A stretch of 49,699 nucleotides of DNA from an uncultured Methanosarcinales archaeon (GCA_964610495.1 CAZSVY010000157.1:1-49699), one strand, 5' to 3'; counted from the first letter of the stretch, positions 9,630 through 19,939 are shown. Made by a program: numbers and translations. The notes: a model not told the origin generated them from the letters alone.

Positions 9630-10285
9630 TTTTTCACCTCACTTTATTTCCAAAGGACCGCAATAACGTATTCAAAGTGAAATCTACAAGTTTATCCTGT
9701 TTTAAATCATAGCTCTTCTTATATATCTTAATAGGAGGAATTGTACTGAGAGCAGGAGTTGTATTGGGAATACTCTGGATAGAAGAGCCCACAAAAATGT
9801 GAACCTGCATCTGGAGAAGAGAGGTATCCCGGCTACATCAATAACATCATTGCACCATCTCTACTTTTCTCTTTTTTCTATCAACATTTGATATGTCATT
9901 CACTTTTTGCAATTGAAGATCATAATGGATAGAAGCTCATAGTAGTCGGAACACCAGTACTGGCACAATATTATTTTGCTGACATAACGCCAGAAATTTA
10001 TTAATATTTTTGATTTTATCTGAAAAAACTGTAAAGCGATAAATAATTTCTTTAATATCTGTAGCCACCTGAAAGATTAATAAACCGAATCAAAAAGAAT
10101 AATAAATCGAGCTAAAAAGAGTAGTAAGCCTAATTGCTATTTCCTGAGAAGGTCCTGAGAAGAGGAAATAGGAAGGATTTGTCAGGCCCCTGGTAAACAA
10201 TCTATTGAATAGAAAGACCTGCGCACAGCAGGCTATTTTCTTTATTCCCGGGTCTTCGAAATCCATTAAAATAATTTTCATACGT

Positions 10286-10858
10286 TTATTTTGTCATACT
10301 CATATAAGCATTCTTAAAGTTAGACAGACTGGCATAGGAACTTATTCCAAGATCCAAGCCATCCACACTGCCTGTAGCTGAGGCATCTCTATAACTCGAA
10401 CTTTCACTAGTCCTGGAAATATAATCACCACTCTTTGAACGGGATGTGTAGGATCCGGTTGAAATATCGCCCTGACCAACCCAGTCAGCCTGGATAGTCA
10501 GAATTTCTGTTTCACCTGTGTAACAGTCATAAACTTCAACCTGAACCTCGGAAAGGCTTGCAGAGTTGAGTTTTTTAGATGCCTTAAAAACATTATCCTG
10601 GGTGCACATATATCCAGATTTCCAAGACTCGGAGCATGGGCCATAGGTATAGATTTCCACGTAGACATCAGTCCCGTAATTACTTTCAGCTACAGATAGG
10701 TATGTACTGGTAGTTGTATCCCCACTTATTTCATACCAGTTCGCAGATGCAGATTCACCGTTGTGCCTCTCTATTGTTTTCGATTCCAGTGCCTGTACAC
10801 TCATAGCCGTGAAAAGCAGGACTACGAGGGCAAGCAATATTGTGTACGATTTCCTCAT
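10286..10858 (-). CDS. Secreted Ser/Thr/Tyr-rich hypothetical protein, paralog 1
   Basis: Sec signal ending in VQA; shares KKLNSASLSEV, TGETE.LT..ADW.G and R.ASATG with the next two genes; GGAGG SD. Confidence 0.85.
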   Translation of the reverse strand: MRKSYTILLALVVLLFTAMSVQALESKTIERHNGESASANWYEISGDTTTSTYLSVAESNYGTDVYVEIYTYGPCSESWKSGYMCTQDNVFKASKKLNSASLSEVQVEVYDCYTGETEILTIQADWVGQGDISTGSYTSRSKSGDYISRTSESSSYRDASATGSVDGLDLGISSYASLSNFKNAYMSMTK

Positions 10859-11236
10859 TTTATACCTCCTTGAAATAATATCATTTTAATTAATATATGC
10901 AGGCATGTTTTCTTAAAATAAAAATCGCATATATTAAAGGGGGGTTGGCTTCCAATAGCCTAATATAAATTAGTATAAAAGTATAAAAAGACTATGTAAA
11001 TATATTTGAAGCGTAGAATAAAAATCATTGTAAAAAATTACAAATAAAAAATTAAAATAATAAAATAGTTGGCAGCAAAAGTAAGGTTGGAAAGATTATA
11101 GAAATTCTCTTTAGACAGTACTACCAGCTTAAACTGAAATCACACTCATGGGTTTGCAATTCCGTAGATACCTTAGATAAGTTTGAGAATTCCTATAAAG
11201 CCAAAGACTTTAGACCTTTAAAAAACCTTTATTCAT

Positions 11237-11827
11237 TTATTTATCCATACTTGAATAAATAGATTCGGAAGAAGACAGCCAGGCATATGAACTTGTTCCA
11301 AGATCGGAGTCGTTTATATTTCCTGTAGCTGAAGCCTGCCTGTGGCTTGAACTGCTGCTACTCTTCCATATATAATCGCCTTCTGTTGAACTGGATTTAT
11401 GTGATCCTGTTGAGATATCGCCCTCACCAGACCAGTCAGCTTTGACAGTCAGGGTTTCGGTTTCACCCGTATACCAGTCATTAACATCAATCTCGACCTC
11501 AGAAAGACTTGCAGAGTTGAGTTTTTTATCTACCCTGAAAACATTATCCTTTGTAAACAGGCAGCCGGACTTAGAAGAGGAGGAATACCAATAATATGGT
11601 TCAGATGTGTCATACGTATATGTTGATATGTAAATATCAGTTCCATCATCGGTTTCAGTTATAGATAGATATGTACAGATAGTTGCATTACCGTTTGTTT
11701 CAGACCAATCTGCAGATGCAGACGCACTGTTATGCCTTTCCATCATCTTATATTCTATGGCTTGTACGCTCATTGTCGTCGAAAGTAAGACTATGAGAGT
11801 AAACAATATTGTGTATAGTTTCCTCAT
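11237..11827 (-). CDS. Secreted Ser/Thr/Tyr-rich hypothetical protein, paralog 2
   Basis: Same signal peptide and motifs as its neighbours, with a short YDTSEPYYWYS insertion. Confidence 0.85.
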   Translation of the reverse strand: MRKLYTILFTLIVLLSTTMSVQAIEYKMMERHNSASASADWSETNGNATICTYLSITETDDGTDIYISTYTYDTSEPYYWYSSSSKSGCLFTKDNVFRVDKKLNSASLSEVEIDVNDWYTGETETLTVKADWSGEGDISTGSHKSSSTEGDYIWKSSSSSSHRQASATGNINDSDLGTSSYAWLSSSESIYSSMDK

Positions 11828-12214
11828 TTATGTCCACCATAAATATTTAAGTTAAAATACACATACGTAGACGATTAAAAACCTGATTTTTATTAAAAAA
11901 TTAGAGTCAGATTTCTAATAGTCGTTCTTAAAGATGATTTTAAACTATTAAATACTTTCTTAACTAATTCTAGAAGTTTTGATATAAAATAGATAAAATG
12001 GGAACTTATGCAATGTAAAATTCTAAGAAAAACCAATTAACAGAAAAAAAATAAAGTTGAAAATGATTTATAGAAATTCACTTTAAATAGCGTTACTAAG
12101 TTAAACTGAAATCACAAACCGAAGAATGTGACTTCAGTAGATGTCTTAGAGAATTTTGAGAATTTCTACAAAGCCGAAAGTTTTCGAAACTTTTCAAAAA
12201 CAAACTTCATATTC

Positions 12215-12787
12215 TTATTTTTCCATACTCATATACGCAGACTTGAAGTTAGACAGGCTGGCATAGGAACATACTCCAAGGTCCACGCCGTTTATACTGC
12301 CTGTAGCTGAAGCGTCTCTGCATTTCGAACTGCCACTGCTTTTCCAGACATAGTTTCCACTTTGTGATCTAGAGGTATAGGAATCTTTTGAAATAACATC
12401 CTCACCGATCCAGTCAGCATTGACAGTCAAAGTTTCGGTTTCACCTGTGTCCCAGTTACAGACTTCAATCTCAACCTCAGAAAGGCTCGCAGAGTTGAGT
12501 TTTTTATCTATGCTGAAAACATCATCCTCTGTAAATATGTATCCCGACTTACCGGACCAGTAATCTGGCCCATAGGTATAAATCTCCAGGTAAATATCAG
12601 TCCCATCATCAGTTTCAGTTACAGAGAGGTATTTACCGGTAGTTATATCGCCGTTCGTCTCACACCAGTCTGCAGATGCAGAAGCACCGTTGGATCTATC
12701 TATTGTTTTCGATTCCATCGCCTGTACACTCATAACCATTGAAAGTAAGACTGCCAGACTAAGTAATATTGTGTACGATTTTCTCAT
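12215..12787 (-). CDS. Secreted Ser/Thr/Tyr-rich hypothetical protein, paralog 3
   Basis: Same signal peptide and motifs; GGAGG SD. Confidence 0.85.
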   Translation of the reverse strand: MRKSYTILLSLAVLLSMVMSVQAMESKTIDRSNGASASADWCETNGDITTGKYLSVTETDDGTDIYLEIYTYGPDYWSGKSGYIFTEDDVFSIDKKLNSASLSEVEIEVCNWDTGETETLTVNADWIGEDVISKDSYTSRSQSGNYVWKSSGSSKCRDASATGSINGVDLGVCSYASLSNFKSAYMSMEK

Positions 12788-12820
12788 TATATCCCTCCAG
12801 ATGATAATGAATTTTATTTA

Positions 12821-13108
12821 GAGCTGATCCTGAAACTCAAAACTTCTTCTCTAGATCTCATTTTGTAAGTGAATGATCGAGTTTCTGGATTCTGGACCCC
12901 AATCGCTAATTTCATATTCGATTGAATTCCAAACATTACAACTTCTAACGCCCATATAATTTGTATGACCAAAGTCTCTAACAATTACCACGTTAATCAA
13001 CTTTATAAAAATGGTAATTGAAATTGAGCAGTGTGCTAGAAGTGTCATACGTTGAAGTTATAATATCAGCCAGAATTCAGCAATTAAATCGAGTTTTAGG
13101 ATGTGCTC
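12821..13108. mobile_element. 288-bp MITE with IS5-family (IS1031-like) ends and a TTA target duplication
   Basis: Left end GAGCTGATCCTGAAACTC matches the reverse complement of the right end, GAGCACATCCTAAAACTC, at 15/18. TTA at 12818-12820 and 13109-13111. Absent from the homologous leader of paralog 1; internal part recurs near 39293-39415. Confidence 0.8.
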
Positions 13109-13370
13109 TTAATATACTCAGAGGGGATTAAAAATAAATTTAGATGTTAAATACCCCTCATCTCTTTAGAGTCTAATTTAAATTAGTATGTTAGTATAAG
13201 AAGATTTGGAAAATATATTAAAACTGTAAAATAAAAGTCATTGTAAAAAATTCTAGATAGAAAATTAGAATAACAAAATAAGTGATAGGAAAATAAGTAA
13301 TTGATAGGAAAAATAAGGCTAAAAAAGAAATCGAAGTTAGAAATTTAAAAGGGGAAAACTAGAGAAAGTG

Positions 13371-14102
13371 TTATTCTTCACTTTCCCTAGCGATTGCAAC
13401 AAGTTCATTAACGCATGCAACCGCCATCGGGGTTCCGCCCCTTGTCCCGACACAGCTAATAGAGGGTACAGGAATTTTCAGGTTTCTGACCATTTCCCTG
13501 GACTCGGCTGCATTTACAAAACCTACCGGAAGCCCGATGATAAGGGCTGGCCTTACACCCTTTTCGATAAGTTTACAAACCATAATAAGGGCAGAGGGCG
13601 CATTTCCGATTGCAATAATACTTCCATCAAGCCGCTCCCGGGCAGCCAGGAAGCCTGCTGAGGTGCGTGTGATTCCGTACCTGTTAGCAATTTCGGCGTT
13701 CGGGTCCTCATCAAGCACACAGATAATATCGGATTTGTGCCCGGCTTTTGTAATTCCGGCTTTTACCATGTTAATGTCCACGAAAATCGGGGCGCCCTTT
13801 TTAATTGCTTCCACACCTGCAGGGATGGGGTCATGCATAAAACGCATAATATCTGCTACCGAAAGATCTCCTGTAGCAATAACACAGCGCTGGCGGAACC
13901 GGTCTTCGGGTGTCTTGTTCCCGATAATTTCCTGAATCATTGTCCGGCTTTTCATGTAAATAGCTTTGGCCTCTTCAGTCCGTGCCCCCGAATCTTTACA
14001 AATACTTACAAGTTCGGGATTAACATCAACCGTAAGCTCGGTAAACTCTTCAAGGTTCTCGAGGTTTCCGGCCTTCTCATTAGCACTCTGTTCAGTAGTC
14101 AT
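13371..14102 (-). CDS. cbiC: Cobalt-precorrin-8 methylmutase
   Basis: TRTSAG, IGNAPSAL, GLPVGFVNAAES and RGGTPMAVACVN motifs. Confidence 0.93.
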   Translation of the reverse strand: MTTEQSANEKAGNLENLEEFTELTVDVNPELVSICKDSGARTEEAKAIYMKSRTMIQEIIGNKTPEDRFRQRCVIATGDLSVADIMRFMHDPIPAGVEAIKKGAPIFVDINMVKAGITKAGHKSDIICVLDEDPNAEIANRYGITRTSAGFLAARERLDGSIIAIGNAPSALIMVCKLIEKGVRPALIIGLPVGFVNAAESREMVRNLKIPVPSISCVGTRGGTPMAVACVNELVAIARESEE

Positions 14103-14892
14103 ACTTTTTGTGATACCCCCTGGGAGTAATTATGAAATCCTTCTTTTGAGAGCTCCAGATTCTGGAATCTCCATTTCCTACAAGGATCGTGGTGCTCATA
14201 TCGACCCAATCTTCGTATTCCATGACCTTTCCGAGAGTTGTTACGATCCTGTCCTCGCCTTCGCCCCTCAGAGCATTCTTGACAAGTCCCACAGGCACGG
14301 AATCGGCTTTGTACTGGCGGATAATTTCAATAGCTCTGGAAAAATTGGATTGTCTCTTGCGGCTCTTCGGATTGTAAAGGGCCATCACGAAATCGGCTTC
14401 TGCAGCAAAATTAAGCCGCTTTTCAATGACGTCCCAGGGGGTCAGGAGGTCGCTCAGGCTGATCACTGCAAAATCCGTTACAACAGGTGCGCCAAGCATA
14501 CTTGCGCCAGCTAAAATTGCCGTGACTCCCGGAAGAATCTCGATATCAACTTCAAGCCCTTCATGTTCAGCAACCTCGAGCACGATACCTGCCATGCCGT
14601 AGACGTTGGTATCACCGCCACTGACCATGACAGCATTTGCGACTTTTGCAAGCTCCACAGCTTTTCTTGCCCTGTCCACCTCTTTACCCATATAGCTGCG
14701 GATTACTTCCTGGGTTCCGAGGAGGCTTGCTATCTGGTCCAGGTAAGTACTGTTCCCGAGCACATAATCGGCATTAAGGATTACATCCCTGGCTTTGACC
14801 GTCATCTGTTCTACAGACCCCGGCCCGATTCCTACGATGTAAAGTTTTCCTCCGGTTGCTTTATCTTGCGATTGCGATTGTAACTCTGCCAT
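14092..14892 (-). CDS. cbiH: Cobalt-precorrin-3B C17-methyltransferase
   Basis: LYIVGIGPG, VSGGD...YGMAG, DFAVISLSDLLTPW, LYNPKS and ITPRGY motifs. Confidence 0.94.
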   Translation of the reverse strand: MAELQSQSQDKATGGKLYIVGIGPGSVEQMTVKARDVILNADYVLGNSTYLDQIASLLGTQEVIRSYMGKEVDRARKAVELAKVANAVMVSGGDTNVYGMAGIVLEVAEHEGLEVDIEILPGVTAILAGASMLGAPVVTDFAVISLSDLLTPWDVIEKRLNFAAEADFVMALYNPKSRKRQSNFSRAIEIIRQYKADSVPVGLVKNALRGEGEDRIVTTLGKVMEYEDWVDMSTTILVGNGDSRIWSSQKKDFIITPRGYHKKYDY

Positions 14893-15214
14893 AGACTTTC
14901 TTCCTGTAAATCAATTGTTTTTCTTCAGAAAGGGCCAGAGCTGCAGGTTCTGCAACTCCTTTTAATCCAAAGCGGGAAGCCTGGGAGGATGAAGGGGGAT
15001 TGTAGCTGTTTAACATCTCATCCGGTAAAAAATCCACCGGAATGCCAAGCATCACTCCCGCTTCCAGAAGCCCCTGTTCATTTTCCTTAAGCTTCGCAGA
15101 AGCTAAAGCCGTAATTTCATCCAGGCTCAGGCCGCACTCATCGAGAGCCTGTTTTACGGCTTCAATAACCTCTTCTTTCGTAATGCCCCTGCGAGTTCCG
15201 ATTCCTATAATCAT
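14861..15214 (-). CDS. cbiG: CbiG C-terminal (CobE-like) domain protein
   Basis: IIGIGTRRG, K.NEQGL, GVAEPAAL and VTIAIA motifs. Confidence 0.85.
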   Translation of the reverse strand: MIIGIGTRRGITKEEVIEAVKQALDECGLSLDEITALASAKLKENEQGLLEAGVMLGIPVDFLPDEMLNSYNPPSSSQASRFGLKGVAEPAALALSEEKQLIYRKKVYGRVTIAIAR

Positions 15215-15294
15215 CCGTTATCGTCTCTGATTCTTAACGCAGTTCCTGACAAGGTTAATACATTTAAGTGCAGATCAATCAATTGTCAGCTCAG

Positions 15295-15864
15295 TTAGCT
15301 GCTATCTCTGCTATTGCCCTTTATCTCTGCGTTCTCCTGCCGTTTTCTTACCAGCACGGATACGTCTTCATCCACAACAACAATTCTGGGCCCCTTAACC
15401 TCGAGAACTTCTATTTCCTGATCAAGGAGTGCACAGTTTACAGCTACAGTAGATTCTTTGTTGAAGATCTCGCAGCCTAACCTGTCGGCAATGCCCTCGA
15501 CTGAGGGTTTACCATGAACCTCGGTCGCCGTCGTAAGTACAGGTACGGCTCCGAGTTCAGAAATCTTTCGGGCAATTTCATTTGCGCCGTGATGCCCCCC
15601 AAGCAGGGGGATAGCAAAGTTGAGGTTAGAATCAACCACGACCACGGCAGGATCAGACCACTTATTATCGAGAAGGGAAGCAATATCCCTTACCACAATG
15701 CCTGTGGCAAAGACCGCAATTATTGCCCCATAACTTTTAAAAGCCTTTTCGAATATGCCCTTTTCGTAGAAGAGGAGGTCGGCTTTCAGATGTTCTGCTA
15801 TCCTTGCCGCGATCTCCCGATTTCTTTCAAAGGTAATTACAACGGCTCCTGGGCTACTCCGTAT
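15295..15864 (-). CDS. cbiG: CbiG N-terminal/middle domain (cobalt-precorrin-5A hydrolase), probable ATA start
   Basis: [24 protein letters not shown] and PVLTTATE motifs. The frame is open for 63 codons upstream of GTG 15696 with no ATG/GTG/TTG; AGGAGGT lies 7 nt before ATA 15864. Confidence 0.8.
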   Translation of the reverse strand: MRSSPGAVVITFERNREIAARIAEHLKADLLFYEKGIFEKAFKSYGAIIAVFATGIVVRDIASLLDNKWSDPAVVVVDSNLNFAIPLLGGHHGANEIARKISELGAVPVLTTATEVHGKPSVEGIADRLGCEIFNKESTVAVNCALLDQEIEVLEVKGPRIVVVDEDVSVLVRKRQENAEIKGNSRDSS

Positions 15865-16565
15865 AGGTAGGACCTCCTGTAGTTTTTAGGGTCAATAACC
15901 CCACCGATAATTATCATTGCCGAGCGCGTAATTCCTGCATCCTGGACCTTGTCTGCGATATTCTCCACGGTTCCTGTAATGACCTCTTCATCCTCCCAGG
16001 ATGCGTGAAACACCACTGCAACAGGCGTATCCTTGGGGCAGCGGACCTTTTCCATAATTTCCCTGATCTTCTGCGTGCCAAGGAAGATTGCCATAGTAGT
16101 ATTGTAGGCAGAAAGCTCGGGAATAAGGTCTTTTTCCAGGGTTTTTCCGGCAGGGCGGGTAATGATGAGCGTGTCTGAAACGCCGTTAAGAGTCAACTGT
16201 GTGCCGAGAGCGGCAGCGCTTGCAAAAACCGAGGAGACCCCAGCAACTCTTTCGACTTCGATATCGTACTTTCTAAGTTCTTCCATCTGTTCTATGACGG
16301 AGCCATAGAGCGATGGGTCTCCACTGTGGAGGCGAACAACGAATTTTCCGGCATCTACTGCATCCGCAATTATTTTAGTGGTCTCGTCGAGAGTCAGCCC
16401 ATAGCTGTCCACTGTTTCTCCCTGCGTGTAATTAAGAACCTCGGGATTTACCAGAGAGCCTGCATACATCACAAGGTCGGCTTTTTCAAGCATTTCACGC
16501 CCGAGCACGGTAATAAGTTTAGGGTTCCCTGGGCCTGCTCCCACAAAATATACTTTTCTTTCCAT
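15837..16565 (-). CDS. cbiF: Cobalt-precorrin-4 C11-methyltransferase
   Basis: [33 protein letters not shown] and RSYLY motifs. Confidence 0.94.
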   Translation of the reverse strand: MERKVYFVGAGPGNPKLITVLGREMLEKADLVMYAGSLVNPEVLNYTQGETVDSYGLTLDETTKIIADAVDAGKFVVRLHSGDPSLYGSVIEQMEELRKYDIEVERVAGVSSVFASAAALGTQLTLNGVSDTLIITRPAGKTLEKDLIPELSAYNTTMAIFLGTQKIREIMEKVRCPKDTPVAVVFHASWEDEEVITGTVENIADKVQDAGITRSAMIIIGGVIDPKNYRRSYLYGVAQEPL

Positions 16566-16644
16566 CTGACCATTCCCATTGCTTTCGTGTTTTATTCCAA
16601 AATTATGTACTGAATTCCGCGAATATTAATTACGTAGGGTACTT

Positions 16645-17253
16645 TTACTTCTTTCCGTAAATGATACTGAAGTAGTTCCCTTTTTCCGGGATTTCTTCTT
16701 TCTTGCGGATTATAAGCTCGTTGTCCGAAAAGAGTCTTTCTGCAAAGATAAACTCCGTGTACCCTTCAGCTTCAAGCTGCTTAACTATGGTTTTGGGCTG
16801 CGTGGCCTTCAGGTGAATCTTATATTCCACCTCAGAACCATCGGTAACTTCAAAGGAGCTCTCAACCGCTACATCGGTCCTGGCAGCAAAGGAAGTAATT
16901 GAACTTATGCCAGGCACGGTTGCAAGCTCAACGTCCGGATAGTGCTTGCGCATTACTTTTTTAAGATGGGAAAACGTGGAGAAAAAGTTTGGGTCACCTA
17001 TAAGCCCGAAAGCCACAGTGCCTTTTCTCGCCTCTTCTGCCACCCTGTCAGCATTTTCCTTCCAGAGAGCATTGAGAACTTCAATATCTCTGATCATGGG
17101 AAACTCAAGGATTTCGGCATCTGCGTAAGGAGCCACAAGATCTTTTGCCAGGCGGCCTGGCACATATACCTTATCGCTGTTTTTCAAAATGTCCACTGCT
17201 TTAAGGGTCAGAAGTTCAGGGTCTCCGGGACCAAGTCCTACTCCTATTAACAT
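16645..17253 (-). CDS. cbiL: Cobalt-factor II C20-methyltransferase
   Basis: GVGLGPGDPELLTLKA, FPM, GDPNFFSTF, VPGISS and YFS motifs. Confidence 0.92.
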   Translation of the reverse strand: MLIGVGLGPGDPELLTLKAVDILKNSDKVYVPGRLAKDLVAPYADAEILEFPMIRDIEVLNALWKENADRVAEEARKGTVAFGLIGDPNFFSTFSHLKKVMRKHYPDVELATVPGISSITSFAARTDVAVESSFEVTDGSEVEYKIHLKATQPKTIVKQLEAEGYTEFIFAERLFSDNELIIRKKEEIPEKGNYFSIIYGKK

Positions 17254-17313
17254 ACTATCGCTCCGTAAATTATAAAAATAAATGTAAAGCAGAATTCAAT
17301 TATAAGAAAATTA

Positions 17314-17868
17314 TCAGTTTTGCTTTTTTCCGACAACAATATATACCGGATTTTCGGGTTTGAACATCGTTTCTCCGGCAATTGGTGCACTTCTCGAAAC
17401 CGAAATATGAACTACTTCATCAAAAATTCCGAGTCTTTTCATTGCCTCAATTGTCCTGACAACCGTTTCGATACGGACGGCATTTACAACAATACTTCGA
17501 GCTTTTTTCTTAACAAGTATCTCCAGTATCGAGCCAATATTTTTTGTTCCGCCGACAAAAGCACAGTCAATAAAATCAGTAAAATCTTCCGAACTCAGGA
17601 GATCCGAGGCTTCGCCAGCTAAAATTCTGGCATTTTCTATATTGAAATTCTTGAAGTTCGTTTCAGTGGCTCTCAGAGCCTCGTTTCGGGCATCTATCGC
17701 ATAGATAGTCAGGTTTCGGGCAATCTTTGCAGCTTCAATCGATACCGATCCTGTACCGCAGCCTACATCTGCAAACCGATCTCCGTCCCTCAGCCCCAGT
17801 TTGGACAGGGATACAGCAATGATCTCAGGTTTTGTCGGACCGCCGCTAACACTTACTATTTCGGACAT
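17314..17868 (-). CDS. cbiT: Cobalt-precorrin-6B C15-methyltransferase (decarboxylating)
   Basis: GPTKPEI, DVGCGTGSVSIE, FVGG, VVNAV.IET and ENPVYI motifs. Confidence 0.93.
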   Translation of the reverse strand: MSEIVSVSGGPTKPEIIAVSLSKLGLRDGDRFADVGCGTGSVSIEAAKIARNLTIYAIDARNEALRATETNFKNFNIENARILAGEASDLLSSEDFTDFIDCAFVGGTKNIGSILEILVKKKARSIVVNAVRIETVVRTIEAMKRLGIFDEVVHISVSRSAPIAGETMFKPENPVYIVVGKKQN

Positions 17869-18587
17869 GTTCTACCTCGGGAAAAGTAAAGCAAATATAT
17901 GGAATGTAAATTAAATATATGCCGATATAATTTTTAATTTTATTAAATAGATCGTATATTAAGTAGGGCCGGAAGATACGCTTTATTTAGAGATGACTAT
18001 ATAAGGCACATACAAACATAATTAAATTAGATTTTTCAATAATTGAAGTTAGATTTTTCAGATCAGCTCGATTATAAATATAACTTGTTGTAGATATACC
18101 TTATTATCGGTAAGAAGGGCAGGATAGGAAAGTAAACTTTCATGAAACTGCGAAAAAGCAGGCAAGATTTCAGCAAGAAAAGTATATACTAATTCTTCAC
18201 ATCAATACTAAGCCGCCTTTTTTAAGACGGTATCCGGACATTTTCTGAAGAAAAAAGAAGCGGTCTCTTCTGTCAATCTTAATATGTTAGAGGTAATAAA
18301 TATATAAATATAAAAATACATTTTGTATTTTAAAAGAAAGGGATTTTAACTATAAGAACATATCATAATCTTATCACAGGCATATAAAGAAGATGCCATT
18401 TTAATGAAAAGCCATAAATACTCCCCCAAAAAAGTGTTTTTTGAATAAGAAGCTAAAGTTCTTCGGTTAAATACAACTGATTTTCTGACCTGTATACCTG
18501 AAAACATCTTTTCACAGAAAAACCCCGCAGTGAAAGCCCGCTCTCTCGATGCAGGGCCCTGCCGCCTGAAAGAAAGGAGGAAAAGCG

Positions 18588-19916
18588 ATGAAAATTTACG
18601 AATCATATGACGATCTGCCCAAACTAAAGCTGCCTTATGGAAACGACGTGTACATAAGTGACAGCACTATTCGCGACGGTTCCCAGATGCCGGGAATAGT
18701 CCTGAGCAGAGAACACAAGCTTCAAATTTATGAGTACCTGCACGAGATAGGGATTGAAAAACTCGAGGCCTTCGTATTCAATAAAAGGGATAGAGATGCC
18801 GTAGATTTAATGTTCGATATAGGGTACGAGTTTCCCGAAATCACAGGCTGGGCAAGAGCTTCAAGAGCCGATATAGACAAGATTCTCGAAGTCGACGGGA
18901 TTAAAGAAACCGGAATTCTGATGTCTGTATCAGACACCCATATCTTTTCCAAGATGAGGCTCGCAGGCAGGGAAGAAGCCGAAGAAAAATATCTGGATGC
19001 TCTGCAATATGCAGTGGATCACGGCCTCCGTACAAGGGCACACCTGGAAGATATGACAAGGGCGGATAATTACGGTTTTGTGTTTCCGCTCGTTGAGAAA
19101 ATTATGGAAATCGACCCTGATTGTATTATCCGGGTCTGCGATACTGTAGGATACGGAATGCCCTTCGTGAATATTGACGAGCCTTACGGGATCCCGAAAA
19201 TTGTCCAGCACCTCAAAAAGGAAATCGGGGTTAAAAATATAGAAACCCATATCCATGACGATTACGGATTCGGGTCAGCAAGCTCAATTGCAGGCTTCTG
19301 GCACGGGGCAAACTGGACAAGCGTAACCTTCCTGGGCATAGGAGAACGTGCAGGAAATAGTGAGATGGAAAAAATCCTGCTTTTCCTGGCAGATAGGGTA
19401 GAAGGTTTTGAAAGATATAACCTTGAGCCGGTTACTCGCTTTGCAAGGTTCATGGAAAAAGAACTCGGACTGCGGGTTCCGAGAAACAAGGCCGTGGTCG
19501 GGAAAAACATTTTTGCTCACGAATCCGGAATACATGCCGCAGGCGTCCTCAAAAATCCCTTCAATTACGAACCCTATTCTCCAGAACTGGTAGGCGGAAA
19601 GCGGCTCCTGCTTATAGGGGACTCTTCAGGCCTGGAAGTTATCCGTTATAAGGTTCAGGAGACCTTAAATGACCTTCTTGATGTTGAAACCATAGTGGAA
19701 AAAGACGACAGCAGGCTCCTGAAAATCCAGACCGAAATCCAGAAGCTTTATGATAAGGAAGAAAGGGTTTCCTGTATTTCGGATGAGGAGTTGCTCGCTT
19801 ATGTGGAAAAATATTTCCTTTACCAGCCGATCTGCAACCCGGCACATGCAGGTCGAGGGAAATTGAAAAATAAAGGAAAAATAGCCGAGTCTGCGGAAGG
19901 AAAATTGAAGGAGTAA
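18588..19916 (+). CDS. DRE-TIM metallolyase (homocitrate/isopropylmalate synthase family), probably Re-citrate synthase
   Basis: DSTIRDGSQ, HLEDMTRAD.YGF, R.CDT.GYG, HIHDDYG, GIGERAGN and AHESGIH motifs; no LeuA regulatory domain. Confidence 0.8.
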   Translation: MKIYESYDDLPKLKLPYGNDVYISDSTIRDGSQMPGIVLSREHKLQIYEYLHEIGIEKLEAFVFNKRDRDAVDLMFDIGYEFPEITGWARASRADIDKILEVDGIKETGILMSVSDTHIFSKMRLAGREEAEEKYLDALQYAVDHGLRTRAHLEDMTRADNYGFVFPLVEKIMEIDPDCIIRVCDTVGYGMPFVNIDEPYGIPKIVQHLKKEIGVKNIETHIHDDYGFGSASSIAGFWHGANWTSVTFLGIGERAGNSEMEKILLFLADRVEGFERYNLEPVTRFARFMEKELGLRVPRNKAVVGKNIFAHESGIHAAGVLKNPFNYEPYSPELVGGKRLLLIGDSSGLEVIRYKVQETLNDLLDVETIVEKDDSRLLKIQTEIQKLYDKEERVSCISDEELLAYVEKYFLYQPICNPAHAGRGKLKNKGKIAESAEGKLKE

Positions 19917-19930
19917 AGGAATTTTCCTTC
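19896..19930. terminator. Inverted repeat at the junction of two convergent genes
   Basis: GAAGGAAAATT (19896-19906) pairs perfectly with AATTTTCCTTC (19920-19930), 11 bp. Confidence 0.5.
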
Positions 19931-19939
19931 AGCACCTTC

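Noticed and set aside
9730-9990. Short minus-strand ORFs, one with an in-frame TAG
   Set aside because: No recognisable motif, SD or homology; not enough to call a Pyl gene or pseudogene.
12851-13048. 65-aa ORF as a gene or transposase
   Set aside because: It lies entirely within the MITE and has no transposase motifs or SD.
17870-18587. Cobalamin riboswitch upstream of cbiT
   Set aside because: The region is AT-rich with no recognisable B12-box or core motifs.
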